Source: a virus
IMG/VR virus record: IMGVR_UViG_3300034121_001395
Reading direction: 5' to 3' (one strand)
DNA: 64,000 bases
Shown here: positions 50,400 through 60,209 of the stretch, one piece after another
How the letters are laid out: each line of letters opens with the position of its first letter
How positions within the stretch are numbered: position 1 is the first letter of the stretch
The notes under the pieces: generated by a model
Seen by the model: the letters and a program-made list of their open reading frames with translations, nothing else
The model's database searches: none
What the model was told of the DNA's origin: nothing
Made by a program: the position numbers and the translations under genes

Positions 50400-50857
50400 T
50401 TGATGGCTTATATTCAAAAGTAAAAGATCTTGACATACGGGTCTTTACATTGTCGAGTGGTAAAGTCCTTATAGGAGAAGTTGTGCATGCCTATGAAGAT
50501 GGCATACAGTTAAATTATCCACTAGAAATAAGAAAAGCACTTGTAAAGTCTGGAGTCTATACCCAAGTAATGCTACCACTTGTGGCTGGCAATGACAGCG
50601 AAAATTGTATTGTCTATGATCGTAGTATTGAAACAGAATCTGATACATCTGATGAGGTTAAACGTAAATATACAGAAGCACTTATATATCAGAGACTACT
50701 TCATTTGATATCCAATTCTTCTAAAGAAACAGATGAGAATGAATTGGATGAATCAGAAGATTTAAATTATCCCATTCCTGAAATTGATCCACCAGAAGAA
50801 TCACAGTCTGACGAAGAATTATGGAATATTTTCTTAGATCGTTGGAAGAATGTATGA
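50396..50857 (+). CDS. Hypothetical protein (Sm-like fold suspected)
   Basis: FTLSSGKVLIGEV...PLEI; occupies the usual slot between uvsW and gp55. Confidence 0.6.
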   Translation: MIDGLYSKVKDLDIRVFTLSSGKVLIGEVVHAYEDGIQLNYPLEIRKALVKSGVYTQVMLPLVAGNDSENCIVYDRSIETESDTSDEVKRKYTEALIYQRLLHLISNSSKETDENELDESEDLNYPIPEIDPPEESQSDEELWNIFLDRWKNV

Positions 50858-50939
50858 TGACTATCAAACAATCATAGATTATTATACACTCTTTTATAAT
50901 CTATGTAAATAACAAAATTCACATAGATGTAAAAAAGTA

Positions 50940-50967
50940 TTTACATTTGCAAAATATAGTATATAAT
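50940..50967 (+). promoter_or_regulatory. Sigma70-type promoter for gp55
   Basis: TTTACA-N16-TATAAT; the ATG at 50974 is only 6 nt after the -10 box. Confidence 0.6.
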
Positions 50968-50973
50968 GAAGCT

Positions 50974-51576
50974 ATGAAAACTGAAAAGACAAAACGAAAA
51001 TCACGCGGTGATGACTATGTCAACAATAAAGATTTCTCTACTGCTGTTGTTGAGTATGTAAGTGCAGTTACAGAGGATAAAGCAAGTGGTCGAGAACCTC
51101 GACAAATTACCAACTATATTGGTGAATGCTTTATGAAGATTGCAAACGGGCTGTCACGCAGCCCAAACTTTATGAATTATAGTTATCGTGAAGACATGGT
51201 TATGGATGCAGTAGAAAATTGCATCAAAGCAATTATGAATTATGACATCAACAAGCCAACGCGTACTGGCAATCCAAATGCATTCTCATATTTTACACAA
51301 ATTTCATGGTATGCGTTTTTACGTCGTATTGCAAAAGAAAAGAAGCAGGCTGATATCAAGCAACTACTAATCGAAAAAGGTGGCATTGGAAACTTTGCTG
51401 AGTTTGAAGACGATTCAGACTATGGTGAGTCACTTGTCGAAAAGATGCGCCAGCGTAATGACGCTTTTTACAAAGAAAGTAACGAAGTTGCTGAGACAAG
51501 TGAAAAGCCTCGAGCACAAAAAAAAGTCAAAGAAGAATCACAAAAGATTGGTGCTCTTGACAGTTTTATCTCATGA
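50974..51576 (+). CDS. gp55: Late-transcription sigma factor gp55
   Basis: YVNNKDF; YIGECFMKIA.GLS..PNF.NYSYREDMVMDAVENC; NAFSYFTQI..AFLRRI.KEKKQ. Confidence 0.96.
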   Translation: MKTEKTKRKSRGDDYVNNKDFSTAVVEYVSAVTEDKASGREPRQITNYIGECFMKIANGLSRSPNFMNYSYREDMVMDAVENCIKAIMNYDINKPTRTGNPNAFSYFTQISWYAFLRRIAKEKKQADIKQLLIEKGGIGNFAEFEDDSDYGESLVEKMRQRNDAFYKESNEVAETSEKPRAQKKVKEESQKIGALDSFIS

Positions 51577-52637
51577 AAATAGCAATACTCACTGACACTC
51601 ATGCCGGTGTCAAAAATGGTAGTGATGTCTTTATAGACTACACTGAGCGGTTCTATTCTGAAGTCTTTTTTCCGACCTGTCAGACACAGGGCATTACTCA
51701 GATACTTCATCTCGGTGATTACTTTGATCATCGTAAATATCTTAACTATAAGGTGTTAGCACGTAACCGAGCCATGTTTCTTGACAAACTTGAAGAATAC
51801 GGTATGACTATGGATATTATTCCTGGCAACCATGACACATTTTTTAGAAATACAAATTCACTTTGTAGCCTTACTGAGTTATTGCAGTATCATAGTAAGA
51901 ATGTGAATGTGATTATGTCCCCTACTGTGCGAGACTATGATGGCCTCTCAGTTGCGTTGCTGCCATGGATTACGCCTGAAAATTATGCAGAGTCATGTGA
52001 TTTTATTGAAAAAGCGAATGCACCAATAATTGGAGCTCACTTGGAACTTGCCGGATTTGAGATGATGAAGGGTGCTCCAGCAGTCAGTCATGGCATGTCA
52101 GCAGATTTGTTCTCTCGATATGAGATGGTACTATCTGGACACTATCACACAAAGAGCAGTCGTGGCAACATTCATTATCTTGGTGTGCCATATGAAATTA
52201 CTTGGGCAGACTGCAATGACCCCAAATACTTTCATATATTAGACACAAACACCCGTGAACTTTCAGAGATTCGCAACCCGCTTTCACTCTTTAAAAGATT
52301 GACCTATGACGACACCCTTGGTCCTGTCACCCTAGTTGAACCAAGTGAAGTCTCTGGAACATATATAAAGGTAGTTGTAACAGCTAAAAAAGATCCATAT
52401 TCATTTGATAAGTATATTGATTCTATAAACGCTGGTGAGCCATTTGATCTAAAAATCGTTGAATCATTTGTAGAATATTCTGCTGACTCTATAGATGATG
52501 ACTGCATTGAGGTGTCTGATACTCCTTCACTCTTGAATAGTTATGTTGATGCAATTGAAACCGATCTCGATAAGACTCGTATAAAAACTAAACTTCAAGA
52601 ACTCTATCTTGAATCTCAACTAATTGATGGCATATGA
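51573..52637 (+). CDS. gp47: Recombination nuclease subunit gp47 (Mre11/SbcD-like)
   Basis: DTH.G; LGDYFD; GNHD; SGHYH. Confidence 0.95.
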   Translation: MKIAILTDTHAGVKNGSDVFIDYTERFYSEVFFPTCQTQGITQILHLGDYFDHRKYLNYKVLARNRAMFLDKLEEYGMTMDIIPGNHDTFFRNTNSLCSLTELLQYHSKNVNVIMSPTVRDYDGLSVALLPWITPENYAESCDFIEKANAPIIGAHLELAGFEMMKGAPAVSHGMSADLFSRYEMVLSGHYHTKSSRGNIHYLGVPYEITWADCNDPKYFHILDTNTRELSEIRNPLSLFKRLTYDDTLGPVTLVEPSEVSGTYIKVVVTAKKDPYSFDKYIDSINAGEPFDLKIVESFVEYSADSIDDDCIEVSDTPSLLNSYVDAIETDLDKTRIKTKLQELYLESQLIDGI

Positions 52638-54355
52638 TTATTTTTACTTCTTTAACATATTGTAATTTTTTAAGCGTAGGAGACAAAGAGATTACGATGA
52701 ATCTAAATGATTCTCGTTCTACCTTGATTGTAGGTCATAATGGTTCAGGTAAATCACTTATGCTTGATGCATTGTCATTTGTACTTTTTGGCAAGCCTCA
52801 TCGTAACATAAACAAGCCACAACTAATTAACAGCATAAATGGCAAAAACTGCCTCGTAACTGTTGAGTTTAAACTTGGACCTTCACAATATAAGATTGTG
52901 CGTGGACTAAAGCCAAACATTTTTGAAATTTGGCAAAACGGAATACTCATAAATCAAGAGTCACATTCGCGTGACTATCAAAAGTTACTTGAGACAAATA
53001 TCTTAAAGTTGAATCACAAGAGTTTTCACCAGGTTGTTGTGCTTGGTAGCAGCAACTTTATTCCATTTATGCAACTTAGCAGTCATCACCGTCGTGAGGT
53101 TATTGAAGACCTACTTGATATTGGGGTGTTTAGTAAAATGAATGCAGTATTAAAGGAAAATTCCGCAAAACTAAAAGATAACATAAAGGATACAGAAAAC
53201 CAACTGTTTACCTTAAAAGAAAAAGTTGATTTGCAGAAAAAGCATATCTTACGACTGCAGCAACTAAATGAAAGTAATGCAGCAAAATATTCTGAAGAGA
53301 TAGTAAATCTTCGAAATAACATTGATGAGATGATGACAGAAAATTTATCTCTTAGCTCGGAATATAGCGAGGCATATGGCAAGACTCAGCAGCAATTGCA
53401 ACGTCATGAAAAAACAAAGGCTTCATTGCTTTCGTATGAGAGACAAATAAAAGACAACATTAAAAAAATTGTGTCTGACTCTCAATTTTATGAAAACAAT
53501 ACAGAGTGTCCAACATGTAACCAAACTATAGGCTCGGAGATTCGTGAACATAAAATTAGCGAATGCAAACATAACGCGCAAGAATTAAATTCTGGATATG
53601 ACAAGCTTAAAGAGACTTTAGCTCAAACCGGAGATTCTATACAAGAAGTGTCAAGCGAGTTGCAAAGACTAAACTCTCTACATAATAAAATACACAGCAA
53701 TCAAAACTTGGTTAGTGGGTTTGAAAAGCGAATCTCTGACTTGACAACGTTAATGAATACTCATCATGAGACTTCAGAAGTCACTGATGCACAGTCTTCT
53801 CTTGACTCCATCTACTCTGAAAGAGAGAGCCTTCAGGAATTAAAGTCTACACAACTTGAAGAGAGAATGTACAATGAGATTCTCGCTGAACTCTTAAAGG
53901 ACACTGGAATAAAGACGAAAATTATTCGTCAGTATTTGCCAGTTATGAACAAACTTATAAATCACTATCTACAAATTTTAGACTTTTTTGTTTCATTTAA
54001 TCTTGATGAAAATTTTACAGAGACGATACGCTCACGTCATCGCGATGACTTTTCATATAGTTCATTTAGTGAAGGAGAAAAACAACGAATAGATTTGAGT
54101 CTGCTCTTTGCATGGAGACAAGTCGCAAAGATGAAAAATAGTAGCAACACAAATCTACTCATTCTCGACGAAGTATTTGACGCAAGTCTTGATTCTGATG
54201 GTATTGACAACCTACTTAAGATTATGAACACCCTTGATGCAGACACACGCATATTTGTGATTAGTCATAAGCAGGATCTTCTAGAAGGCAAATTTGAGCA
54301 AAAAATCGAGTTTGAAAAGGTTAAAAACTTCACAAAAATCAAGGAAATGGCCTAA
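52634..54355 (+). CDS. gp46: Recombination ATPase gp46 (Rad50/SbcC-like)
   Basis: GHNGSGKS; CPTC zinc hook; FSEGEKQRIDL; LILDEVFD; ISH. Confidence 0.96.
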   Translation: MIIFTSLTYCNFLSVGDKEITMNLNDSRSTLIVGHNGSGKSLMLDALSFVLFGKPHRNINKPQLINSINGKNCLVTVEFKLGPSQYKIVRGLKPNIFEIWQNGILINQESHSRDYQKLLETNILKLNHKSFHQVVVLGSSNFIPFMQLSSHHRREVIEDLLDIGVFSKMNAVLKENSAKLKDNIKDTENQLFTLKEKVDLQKKHILRLQQLNESNAAKYSEEIVNLRNNIDEMMTENLSLSSEYSEAYGKTQQQLQRHEKTKASLLSYERQIKDNIKKIVSDSQFYENNTECPTCNQTIGSEIREHKISECKHNAQELNSGYDKLKETLAQTGDSIQEVSSELQRLNSLHNKIHSNQNLVSGFEKRISDLTTLMNTHHETSEVTDAQSSLDSIYSERESLQELKSTQLEERMYNEILAELLKDTGIKTKIIRQYLPVMNKLINHYLQILDFFVSFNLDENFTETIRSRHRDDFSYSSFSEGEKQRIDLSLLFAWRQVAKMKNSSNTNLLILDEVFDASLDSDGIDNLLKIMNTLDADTRIFVISHKQDLLEGKFEQKIEFEKVKNFTKIKEMA

Positions 54356-54421
54356 TTAAAGGCCCCCGAAGTCTTTGGTAGCTTAACTTCCGCACTTTTT
54401 TCATAAATTTTCACTTTTTTA

Positions 54422-54450
54422 TTTACAAGTGCCTATTTTTATGCTAGAAT
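54422..54450 (+). promoter_or_regulatory. Sigma70-type early promoter
   Basis: TTTACA-N17-TAGAAT with extended -10 TG; ATG at 54460. Confidence 0.65.
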
Positions 54451-54459
54451 AGTCTCATA

Positions 54460-56739
54460 ATGGTTGCAGTAGCAAATCGTGAGAGTCAAACAGTCCTAGC
54501 CAAACTCTTGGCTAAAGAGAACATTCAAGTTGCAATTGGCAACTACAAGACAGCATTCTTTGATGTCAAGAATCGTGTGCTTGGTCTTCCAACATGGAAT
54601 ACAGACAATAAGAATGTGTCTGACTTACTTATTGGTCATGAAGTTGGACATGCTCTATATACTCCATCAGATGCAGTGACTCGTTTCAAAGAGAAGTTTC
54701 CTACTCTGCCATTTGATATTGGAAACATTGTTGAAGATGTTCGTATTGAACGACTTGTGCGAGACACATATCCAGGTCTTGTTCTCTCTTTTAAAAATGG
54801 TTATCGTCACTTTATCGAAAAAGACTTTTTTAAAATCTCTGGTGTTGACTTATCAACTCTTGGATTTGCTGATCGCCTCAATTTGCGTGCCAAAATCGGC
54901 CAACTAGTAGATGTGCCTCTCAACGAAAAAGAGACAGATATTTACAAACGATGCCTCTCTGCAAATACTTACGATGAAGTTTTGCAAATTTGTGCAGACA
55001 TTGCTGAAATGGTCAAAGGAGAAAAACCACAGACACAGCAGTCTCATGAATCCCAAGACTCTGAAGATTTTAAAACTGATGATGACATGGAAATTGATCC
55101 TACACAAGGTCAAGATTCTTTAAATTCAGATTCGCGAGGCAATGAACGAGACGGCGACACATCTTCAAATGAATCTTCAGACGAATCTTCAGATAATGGT
55201 GACGAACAGTCTTCTCAACAAACTGATCAAGAGGGCCAAAATCCAATGTCGAGTTCAAAACCGCTTGATAACGACAACTCTTCTGATTCACGAGGCTCTG
55301 GAAATGAAGGCGGTCATTCATCAGTTGTTCAAGAACTACAATCTAAAACTATGCGTGAGGTTGAAAAAAATCTGCAAGACATGCAGGTTCGTGAAACGAC
55401 TCATGTAATGTGCAACAAGCCTTATGTCCAGGACATGATGTCAGCTATCATTCCAGTAAAAGAGATTATGGCTGCTCGTCGTCATGATGAATATCGCTAC
55501 TCGGCCATTATGACAAATGAACAAGTTGTTCAAGACTGGACAGAGTTTGCTGCATCTACTAAAAAACATGTTGCAATTCTCGTCAAAGAGTTTGAACGTC
55601 GCAAGGCAGCATACCAATATAGCCGGGCAACTCGGTCTACTACTGGAGCGCTAGACGTCAATCGCTTGCATTCCTATCGCTTTGAAGATCAGATCTTTAA
55701 GAGTGTCACTCGACTCGCAGACGCTAAAAATCACGGCATGGTATTTTTTATCGACTATTCTGGTTCGATGCGTGATACAATAGGTCGAGTGATCGTTCAG
55801 GCTCTTCAACTTGTGACATTTTGTAAAGCGGTCGGCATCCCTTTTGAAGTCTATGGTTTTACAAGTCGGTATTTTAATCCTTCTGAGTCTCAATGTCCAT
55901 TGCCTGGCTACAATCTTGACTTTTCTGACACCATCATATTTCAACTATTGCACTCACGCATGGCTCGCTCTGAGTTTGAAACTGCGTGTCGTGAACTCAA
56001 AGCTCAGACTATCTATCGTGATTCTTATGGTCGTGGCGAACTTGCATTCAACAGCAAATATGAAGTTATGAATGGTACACCTCTCAATGAAACTATTATT
56101 ATTGCTCATGAGATTGTTCGCCGCTTTCGTGACAACTACAAGGTTCAAAAGATGAACACAATCTTTTTAACTGACGGCGATTCATGCCCTCCGCGCTATC
56201 GTAAAAATAACGTAGGTGAAGAGTATGAACACACAAACCCTCGTCCCTGGAACGCGACCAAAGTGTTGCCACTCTATGGTAAGAATATCGAGATGTCTAC
56301 TAATCACTCTATCCGAAGCCTCTACCGCGATCTCGTTATGAGCCTCAAGAGGACATGTGATACTACAGTAATTGGTTTCTTTGTAGCAAACTACAAGTCA
56401 GACTATAAAAATAACTGCATCACTGCTCTTCGTAGCCGCAAACGTGATCTTTCATGGTCAGATGCTGTGATCGAGTTTAATGCACTACAAAAGATTGCTA
56501 AAAAAGAAAAGTGTCTTGCTATTCAAAATGGATTTGGCTATGATGCATATTTCGTCTTCGACTCTAAAAATGGACTTGATATTACCGAAGATGGTGAAGA
56601 GTTTGTGAGTGAAGGCTTCTCAAAGGACGTGACTGACAACTCGTCACAAAATAAAATTGCCAAGGATTTTGCTAAATTCAATACTGAAAAACGTGTTTCT
56701 AGAGTGTTTTTGAATAAATTTGCTGAGTTTATTGCATAA
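54460..56739 (+). CDS. Metallopeptidase-like/VWA (CobT-like) protein
   Basis: HEVGH (HExxH); NIVEDVRIE; acidic linker; MIDAS motifs DYSGSM, GTPL and FLTDG. Confidence 0.85.
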   Translation: MVAVANRESQTVLAKLLAKENIQVAIGNYKTAFFDVKNRVLGLPTWNTDNKNVSDLLIGHEVGHALYTPSDAVTRFKEKFPTLPFDIGNIVEDVRIERLVRDTYPGLVLSFKNGYRHFIEKDFFKISGVDLSTLGFADRLNLRAKIGQLVDVPLNEKETDIYKRCLSANTYDEVLQICADIAEMVKGEKPQTQQSHESQDSEDFKTDDDMEIDPTQGQDSLNSDSRGNERDGDTSSNESSDESSDNGDEQSSQQTDQEGQNPMSSSKPLDNDNSSDSRGSGNEGGHSSVVQELQSKTMREVEKNLQDMQVRETTHVMCNKPYVQDMMSAIIPVKEIMAARRHDEYRYSAIMTNEQVVQDWTEFAASTKKHVAILVKEFERRKAAYQYSRATRSTTGALDVNRLHSYRFEDQIFKSVTRLADAKNHGMVFFIDYSGSMRDTIGRVIVQALQLVTFCKAVGIPFEVYGFTSRYFNPSESQCPLPGYNLDFSDTIIFQLLHSRMARSEFETACRELKAQTIYRDSYGRGELAFNSKYEVMNGTPLNETIIIAHEIVRRFRDNYKVQKMNTIFLTDGDSCPPRYRKNNVGEEYEHTNPRPWNATKVLPLYGKNIEMSTNHSIRSLYRDLVMSLKRTCDTTVIGFFVANYKSDYKNNCITALRSRKRDLSWSDAVIEFNALQKIAKKEKCLAIQNGFGYDAYFVFDSKNGLDITEDGEEFVSEGFSKDVTDNSSQNKIAKDFAKFNTEKRVSRVFLNKFAEFIA

Positions 56740-56774
56740 AAGTGAAAAAAAGTGAGTTTTTTATCATTTTCTTA

Positions 56775-56803
56775 TGTACAAATCGTGAATTTTAGTGTAT
56801 AAT
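56775..56803 (+). promoter_or_regulatory. Sigma70-type early promoter
   Basis: TGTACA-N17-TATAAT. Confidence 0.65.
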
Positions 56804-56839
56804 CATCCTGTAAGCAAAAGCAACCACAACATACAAAAT

Positions 56840-58009
56840 ATGACAAACGAACAAAAAGCATCTGTCCTCAAAGAATTGTTTGCTAACAATGATCCAAAAT
56901 CTGTCTCTAGCAAGACAATTTTTGACGCTGGTCGGACCCATTCCCTAAAGTTTAGGGAAATTGATGAAGTCTTTATCAAGCGTGCGCGAAAAGTTGGTCG
57001 TGGTAAATTTGACATCTCTGGACTGCTCGATACAGAGTCAAGCATTCCAACCGCACCAGTCTCAGTGCAGGAAGTTCCTCAGCATGCAATGAAACTTGCT
57101 TGTGCAGTGGCTTCGGTCTCGAATGATGAAATCTTTATCCCTGAAAATGACCATACCTTTGTTAAATGGGGCGAATATAAAACCATTCAAAAAATTATTG
57201 AATCACGAATGTTTTTTCCGCTCTATATCTCTGGTATGTCAGGCAATGGTAAAACCATGATGGTTGAACAAGCTTGTGCCAAACTCAAACGCGAGTATAT
57301 TCGAGTACAAATCTCCCCTGAGACTGATGAAGATGATCTAATTGGTGGTTTTCGCTTGATAAATGGCGAGACTGTATTCCAAAAAGGTCCTGTGGTAAAA
57401 GCCATGGAGCGAGGCTGTATCTTGCTCATTGATGAGCTTGATCGTGGTAGCAATAAGATTATGTGTCTTCAGGGGGTGCTTGAAGGTAAGCCAATTCTAA
57501 TCAAAAAGGTTGGTGAAGTCGTCACCCCGGCCCAAGGGTTCAATGTGATTGCTACTGCAAACACCAAGGGCCGGGGGTCAGATGACGGCCGCTACAGCGC
57601 GGCAAACATTATTGATGAAGCCTTTATTGAACGATTTGTGGCTACAATTGATCAACCATATCCTCCTTACAAGGTTGAACGCAATATCATCAGCAAACAT
57701 ATGGAGTATTTCAAAGTTGATGACAATGAATTTGTTGATAAGCTTGTTGCATGGAGTAGCGTTATCCGCAAAACGTATGATGCGGAAGGGGTTGATGAAC
57801 TCATCTCAACTCGTCGCTTGTGTCATATTGTCAAGGCTTATAGCATCTTCCACGATCGTTTGACCGCAATTGGAATGTGTATTGCTCGATTTGAAACTGA
57901 AACTCGTGAAGCATTTCTCGATCTCTACACAAAGATTGACAGCAACCAAATTCAGGCTGAAGCAACCTCTGCAACTGAAACTCAAACACCAGAAGAAGCA
58001 CCATTTTAA
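56840..58009 (+). CDS. CobS/MoxR-type AAA+ ATPase
   Basis: GMSGNGKT; LLIDELDRG; ATANTKG.G; DEAFIERF; ISTRRL; paired with the VWA gene. Likely start is the ATG at 56840. Confidence 0.9.
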   Translation: MTNEQKASVLKELFANNDPKSVSSKTIFDAGRTHSLKFREIDEVFIKRARKVGRGKFDISGLLDTESSIPTAPVSVQEVPQHAMKLACAVASVSNDEIFIPENDHTFVKWGEYKTIQKIIESRMFFPLYISGMSGNGKTMMVEQACAKLKREYIRVQISPETDEDDLIGGFRLINGETVFQKGPVVKAMERGCILLIDELDRGSNKIMCLQGVLEGKPILIKKVGEVVTPAQGFNVIATANTKGRGSDDGRYSAANIIDEAFIERFVATIDQPYPPYKVERNIISKHMEYFKVDDNEFVDKLVAWSSVIRKTYDAEGVDELISTRRLCHIVKAYSIFHDRLTAIGMCIARFETETREAFLDLYTKIDSNQIQAEATSATETQTPEEAPF

Positions 58010-58092
58010 ACACTTTAGCGGTTGGTCTACGCTAAACCATGAATCTATAGACCAAAACTGAATAAACATAATTGAAACAAAAAACATATAAT

Positions 58093-58350
58093 ATGACTAA
58101 AATTGAAACAACTAAGTTGGCACGTCTCGTTAAGAACATGACTCAAAAGGAAGCTCTCTTTGCTTTCCTTGAAGCAGGTCATGAATTTTCCGCTGCCGAA
58201 GCACGTAAGGCTGGTATTGCTGACCCAAGTCGCGTCATCAGTTCGCTTCGCAATGACCACGGTCTTGCAATCTACCTTAACCCACGCAAGACCCGTACTG
58301 GCGAGCGTATCAATCGCTATCGCCTTGGTACCCCACGTAAGAACGGCTAA
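58093..58350 (+). CDS. Small winged-helix-like DNA-binding protein
   Basis: TQKEALFAFLEAG...PSRVISSLR..G..IY.N...YRLGTP; likely start is the ATG at 58093. Confidence 0.6.
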   Translation: MTKIETTKLARLVKNMTQKEALFAFLEAGHEFSAAEARKAGIADPSRVISSLRNDHGLAIYLNPRKTRTGERINRYRLGTPRKNG

Positions 58351-58365
58351 TTGCTAAAGTTAAAT

Positions 58366-58402
58366 ATGCGGCAACAGTGTAAAAGCTGTTGCCGCATTTC
58401 TT
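58366..58402 (+). terminator. Hairpin, probable terminator
   Basis: ATGCGGCAACAG, 8-nt loop, CTGTTGCCGCAT, followed by TTCTT. Confidence 0.65.
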
Positions 58403-58406
58403 CCCT

Positions 58407-58706
58407 ATGAAAAAAACAAATGCCGAAGTTGGAGTTAAGTATGATTCGGAAAAACCCGACTATAGTTTAATTCCTCCGCATGCTCTTGATGAAACAGTAA
58501 AGGCACTCACATACGGCAAAAACAAATATTCTAGGGATAATTGGAAACTACTCGACGACGCCGAAAATCGCTATTTCGCCGCCGCTCAACGACACCTATG
58601 GGCTCTCCGCAAAGGAGAGACCTATGACCACGAGTCTGGATTGCATCATGCCGCACACGCAATGGCATGCATACTTTTTTACTATGAATTACAAATGCAA
58701 AAATAA
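58407..58706 (+). CDS. dATP/dGTP diphosphohydrolase-like protein (DUF5664)
   Basis: GVKYDSEKPDYSLIP; LTYG..KY..DNW; RYFAAAQRHL; D.ESGLHH.AHA. Confidence 0.8.
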   Translation: MKKTNAEVGVKYDSEKPDYSLIPPHALDETVKALTYGKNKYSRDNWKLLDDAENRYFAAAQRHLWALRKGETYDHESGLHHAAHAMACILFYYELQMQK

Positions 58707-58711
58707 TTGCA

Positions 58712-58740
58712 TTTACACTCACTCTTTTTTGATATATAAT
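58712..58740 (+). promoter_or_regulatory. Sigma70-type early promoter of the gp45 operon
   Basis: TTTACA-N17-TATAAT. Confidence 0.7.
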
Positions 58741-58751
58741 ACACTTACACT

Positions 58752-59426
58752 ATGACTAAACTATCCTCTCAAACAATTGATATTCTAAAGAATTTCTCAG
58801 GCATCAACTCTAATCTTGTTGTAAAAGCAGGAGAACCACTCTCTACAATTTCTGAAGCCAAAAATATTATGGCAATTGCAGATATTACTGAACAATTCTC
58901 TGTTGATTTTGGTATCTATGATCTAAATGAATTTATCTCAATGTTTTCACTACTTCAGGATCCAGATCTTGAGTTTACAAATGATAGTGTACAGTTTAAG
59001 TCTGGACGTACTCGTGCCTCTTATCGATTTGCAGATCAAAGTATTCTTACAAGTCCTAAGAATAAGATCAATATGCCACAGTCTGATTTAACTGTAAACA
59101 TTACTTCTGAACTACTTTCTCAAGTTCGTAAAGCAGCTGGAGTACTTGGTCATTCAATTGTTTCGTTGAAAGGCGAAGACGGAACTGTTACACTTTCTGT
59201 TGTTGATCCTAAAAACTCTTCAGCAAATACATTTTCAGTGGTATTAGATGAGAACAACTCACAGCATGGTTCGTTTGACCTGCAATTTTTGATTAATAAT
59301 CTTAAAGTGCTTCCTGGTGACTATGTGGTGAATATCTCGTCAAAACTTATTAGCCATTGGAAAAATGAAAATACTCCGGTGCAATACTATATTGCTCTGG
59401 AAAAAACTTCAACGTTTAATAACTAA
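58752..59426 (+). CDS. gp45: Sliding clamp gp45
   Basis: LKNFSGINSNL; FGIYDLNEF; NLKVLPGDY; YYIALE. Confidence 0.96.
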   Translation: MTKLSSQTIDILKNFSGINSNLVVKAGEPLSTISEAKNIMAIADITEQFSVDFGIYDLNEFISMFSLLQDPDLEFTNDSVQFKSGRTRASYRFADQSILTSPKNKINMPQSDLTVNITSELLSQVRKAAGVLGHSIVSLKGEDGTVTLSVVDPKNSSANTFSVVLDENNSQHGSFDLQFLINNLKVLPGDYVVNISSKLISHWKNENTPVQYYIALEKTSTFNN

Positions 59427-59437
59427 TATATATTACT

Positions 59438-59704
59438 ATGGAAGAACAGACAACTAAACAAACAACTGGAAATGAAATCACTCTTGGTGATCTTATTTTG
59501 ATGTATAACATTATTGCTACAGTATCTCGCCGTGGCGGATTTGAAGCAAGTGAATTTAAACTTGTTGGATCGCTTTTTGAAAAGCTTAAAACATATGTCC
59601 CAGCAAAAGAAGACACTACAGAAACCACCAATACTTCGACTGAAGAAAATCAAATGAAATTTGAATTTGTCGAAGAAGATACCGCTGAGACTGTAACTCA
59701 ATAA
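59438..59704 (+). CDS. Hypothetical protein
   Basis: 88 aa; II...SRRGGF.A.E...VG.LFEKL. Confidence 0.7.
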   Translation: MEEQTTKQTTGNEITLGDLILMYNIIATVSRRGGFEASEFKLVGSLFEKLKTYVPAKEDTTETTNTSTEENQMKFEFVEEDTAETVTQ

Positions 59705-59708
59705 AAAT

Positions 59709-59936
59709 ATGGCAAAAGATAGGCTTGACGGGACTGCTGCATGCAACCCACTATATGAAATATTCGTCCTTCCAGGTAGAATAATTTTATGGCTACAATA
59801 CATGAATCCAAAAGGAGGAATGTCTGGAGTCGCAAAATCTAAGAGACGTGCAAACAGTCCCGTCATGACCTTCATCTATGCATTAGGGTTTTGGACTCTT
59901 GCTGGCTTTATTGCATACATGCATTACTTTGGTTAA
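59709..59936 (+). CDS. Small membrane protein
   Basis: 75 aa with a C-terminal hydrophobic helix. Confidence 0.6.
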   Translation: MAKDRLDGTAACNPLYEIFVLPGRIILWLQYMNPKGGMSGVAKSKRRANSPVMTFIYALGFWTLAGFIAYMHYFG

Positions 59937-59948
59937 AACTAATATATT

Positions 59949-60200
59949 ATGGAAATTGAAGACGATAAAACAAAAGAAGAATTGCTTGGTGCAATTCGTG
60001 AAATCTCTGCTGAACTTGCTAAAATGGATGAAGCGCGAGATGCAATCAAAGAAATTATAGATGCTGCGGCAGATGCATTTACTCTGCCAAAACCACTTAT
60101 TCGTAAAGTTGCTAAATTGTATCACAAGAAAACTGCTGCTCAATTTGAGCATGAAGCAGAAGAAATTAAAAGTGTGTACAAACAAATCACTTTGGTATAA
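59949..60200 (+). CDS. dsDNA-binding protein (T4 DsbA-like)
   Basis: IKEII...F.LPKPLIRKVAKLYHK...F..E; 83 aa. Confidence 0.65.
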   Translation: MEIEDDKTKEELLGAIREISAELAKMDEARDAIKEIIDAAADAFTLPKPLIRKVAKLYHKKTAAQFEHEAEEIKSVYKQITLV

Positions 60201-60209
60201 GATAGCATT

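Noticed and set aside
56840-58009. Cobalamin biosynthesis role for the CobS-like ATPase
   Set aside because: No other cob genes are present. Pairing with a VWA protein fits a generic MoxR-type chaperone.
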